DNA of 36,582 bases from Deinococcales bacterium (lineage in GTDB: Bacteria; Deinococcota; Deinococci; Deinococcales; JAAFIG01): contig JAYTKL010000330.1 of NCBI GenBank assembly GCA_043730305.1, forward strand, positions 1-36,582. The letters are read 5' to 3'. Shown here one piece after another: positions 35,304-36,582 of this stretch. Under the pieces are notes generated by a model. It was not told the origin of the DNA. It saw only the letters and a list, made by a program, of their open reading frames with translations, and ran no database searches. Numbering within the stretch: the stretch's first letter is position 1; each line of letters starts with the position of its first letter. Position numbers and translations under genes: made by a program.

Positions 35304-36581
35304 TTAGATTCTTAAGCGCTTTTCTGCGGTCTGCCTCGCCAATGCCGCCTTGGTTATTTCGCCCAGTCCCTCGAGTGCGGCGGCGTGTTTTAACCAGTTG
35401 TACGGGCTTCGCGGTCGCACGCTGATGCGTTCACTTAAAATGGCTTGCGCCAGGTCATAACGCCCACCGCGCAGTGCGGCTTCGATCAAGGTTTTTAAGA
35501 CCGCGTCGCGTTGCGCGTGCGACCCTCCAAATTCGTGAATGCGGCGGCGAATGGGGAACAAATGCTCGATCACCTGTGCAAAATTCCCGCGTCCAAACTC
35601 GAGGATGGCTTTGCAGACGGGCAGCCCAATCTCGCGGGTCATGGCAACGTTGTTCATGCGAGGGTTCGGATTGCTGGCAAGCCATGCCTCACGGCTTTGA
35701 ATCAAGTTTTGCGCCTCGAGTTCAAGACCTGCACCCACAAACGCCATGGTCATGTGCATGTCGTTGAAAGCATAAAAGGCGGGTTCGGTCTTGTGCAACC
35801 AACGGCTTGCCACGGCTTTAAAGCGTTTCAGTTCGTTGTGACCTTCGAGTTTTAAACGCCACAACAACGCACTGGCATCGAGCAATTCCAATGCCAAGTC
35901 GCCACTGGCTGAAGTGAACAGCGCCGTGTCAAAAATCTGGCGCACCCGTTCAATGTTGCCTGCCTCGAGCGCGAACAGGGCATAATGCCACCAGTTGTGA
36001 ATCAGAAAATAATTGTTGGTTGTCCAGTCTTCCGCTCGAGCGTCGTAATAGCCCATTCCATCGTCAAAACGCCCAGTTTCCTCAAAGGTGTGACCCACCG
36101 CATGAAGCGCCCAAACGTCTTTGGGGTTGCGTTGCACCGCGTCCAAACCCAGCTCGAGCGCCCGATCATGCTGGTGGCATTCCTCGAGTCCAAACGCCAG
36201 CATTCCGAGAACATTCGAGTAATTCGGATCGTCTTCAGACCAGGCGGCAATGGCTTGCGCCGGACGATCACGCAGCATTCTCGAGTTGCCCGTAAAAAAA
36301 TCAATTTGATGCCCCACCCCAAGCGCCAGCAAATCCCTTGGGTGCGAAATGGTGATTTCCTCGAGAATTCGTCCAGCACCCAAAAAATCACCTTCAAGCA
36401 AAGATTCGGCGGCGGCAAGATGCAGGCGCTCTCGGGGCTTTAGGGTTGTGGGTTGCTTGAATGCCAAAAATGATTCTCGAGCGGCTTGGGCGTCCTGTGG
36501 TTCTGTGCCGAGCACGCCAATGTAGGCTTGCAATACCCGTGCGAGCACAAAATTTGGATCGGCTTGAAGCGCCAAATTGAT
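35304..36581 (-). CDS. TTC38-like tetratricopeptide repeat protein (5' end outside window)
   Basis: HPRDLLAL, GMLAFGLEE, DVWALHAVGH, HNWWHYALF, DASALLWRL, FNDMH and GGSHAQRD motifs characteristic of the TTC38 family. Confidence 0.88.
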   Translation of the reverse strand: MNLALQADPNFVLARVLQAYIGVLGTEPQDAQAARESFLAFKQPTTLKPRERLHLAAAESLLEGDFLGAGRILEEITISHPRDLLALGVGHQIDFFTGNSRMLRDRPAQAIAAWSEDDPNYSNVLGMLAFGLEECHQHDRALELGLDAVQRNPKDVWALHAVGHTFEETGRFDDGMGYYDARAEDWTTNNYFLIHNWWHYALFALEAGNIERVRQIFDTALFTSASGDLALELLDASALLWRLKLEGHNELKRFKAVASRWLHKTEPAFYAFNDMHMTMAFVGAGLELEAQNLIQSREAWLASNPNPRMNNVAMTREIGLPVCKAILEFGRGNFAQVIEHLFPIRRRIHEFGGSHAQRDAVLKTLIEAALRGGRYDLAQAILSERISVRPRSPYNWLKHAAALEGLGEITKAALARQTAEKRLRI

Positions 36582-36582
36582 C

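Larger units (their letters stand above)
42..36366. repeat. Highly iterated palindrome CTCGAG dispersed through the window
   Basis: Hand count ~51 copies in the first 10 kb and ~83 in the first 15 kb, versus ~2.4 per 10 kb expected at uniform composition. Found in all three reading frames and in intergenic DNA. Confidence 0.95.

Overview
About 50% GC bacterial chromosomal window, most likely Deinococcota (Deinococcales-like). This is inferred from a LysJ-type aminotransferase, many apparently leaderless genes, HspR/HAIR-like operators and expanded STAND/BTAD/TPR regulators. Housekeeping genes (lysJ, dnaJ, enoyl-CoA hydratase, YcaQ-family glycosylase, recX, amidase, diguanylate cyclase, S10 peptidase) flank two accessory islands. 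Each island pairs a large STAND/TPR/SARP-type regulator with an S8 subtilase lipoprotein and surface lipoproteins. The standout is an unannotated 51-aa secreted pre-pro-peptide gene (23833-23988, minus strand; C-terminus ADDSTKGGTGG) with its own RBS, promoter-like site and terminator. It lies directly upstream of a TPR + C-terminal winged-helix regulator and downstream of a subtilase, making it a candidate RRNPP/Phr-like peptide signalling system outside Firmicutes. The hexamer CTCGAG is also iterated roughly 20-fold above expectation, like cyanobacterial HIP1. Other items include an IS3 end truncating a DUF4157 gene, a histidine kinase split by one TAG, a 4-Cys insertion in LysJ, SARP-style 11-bp-phased promoter repeats and a HAIR-like site before a toxin-antitoxin pair. 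All calls are by eye; no database searches were run.
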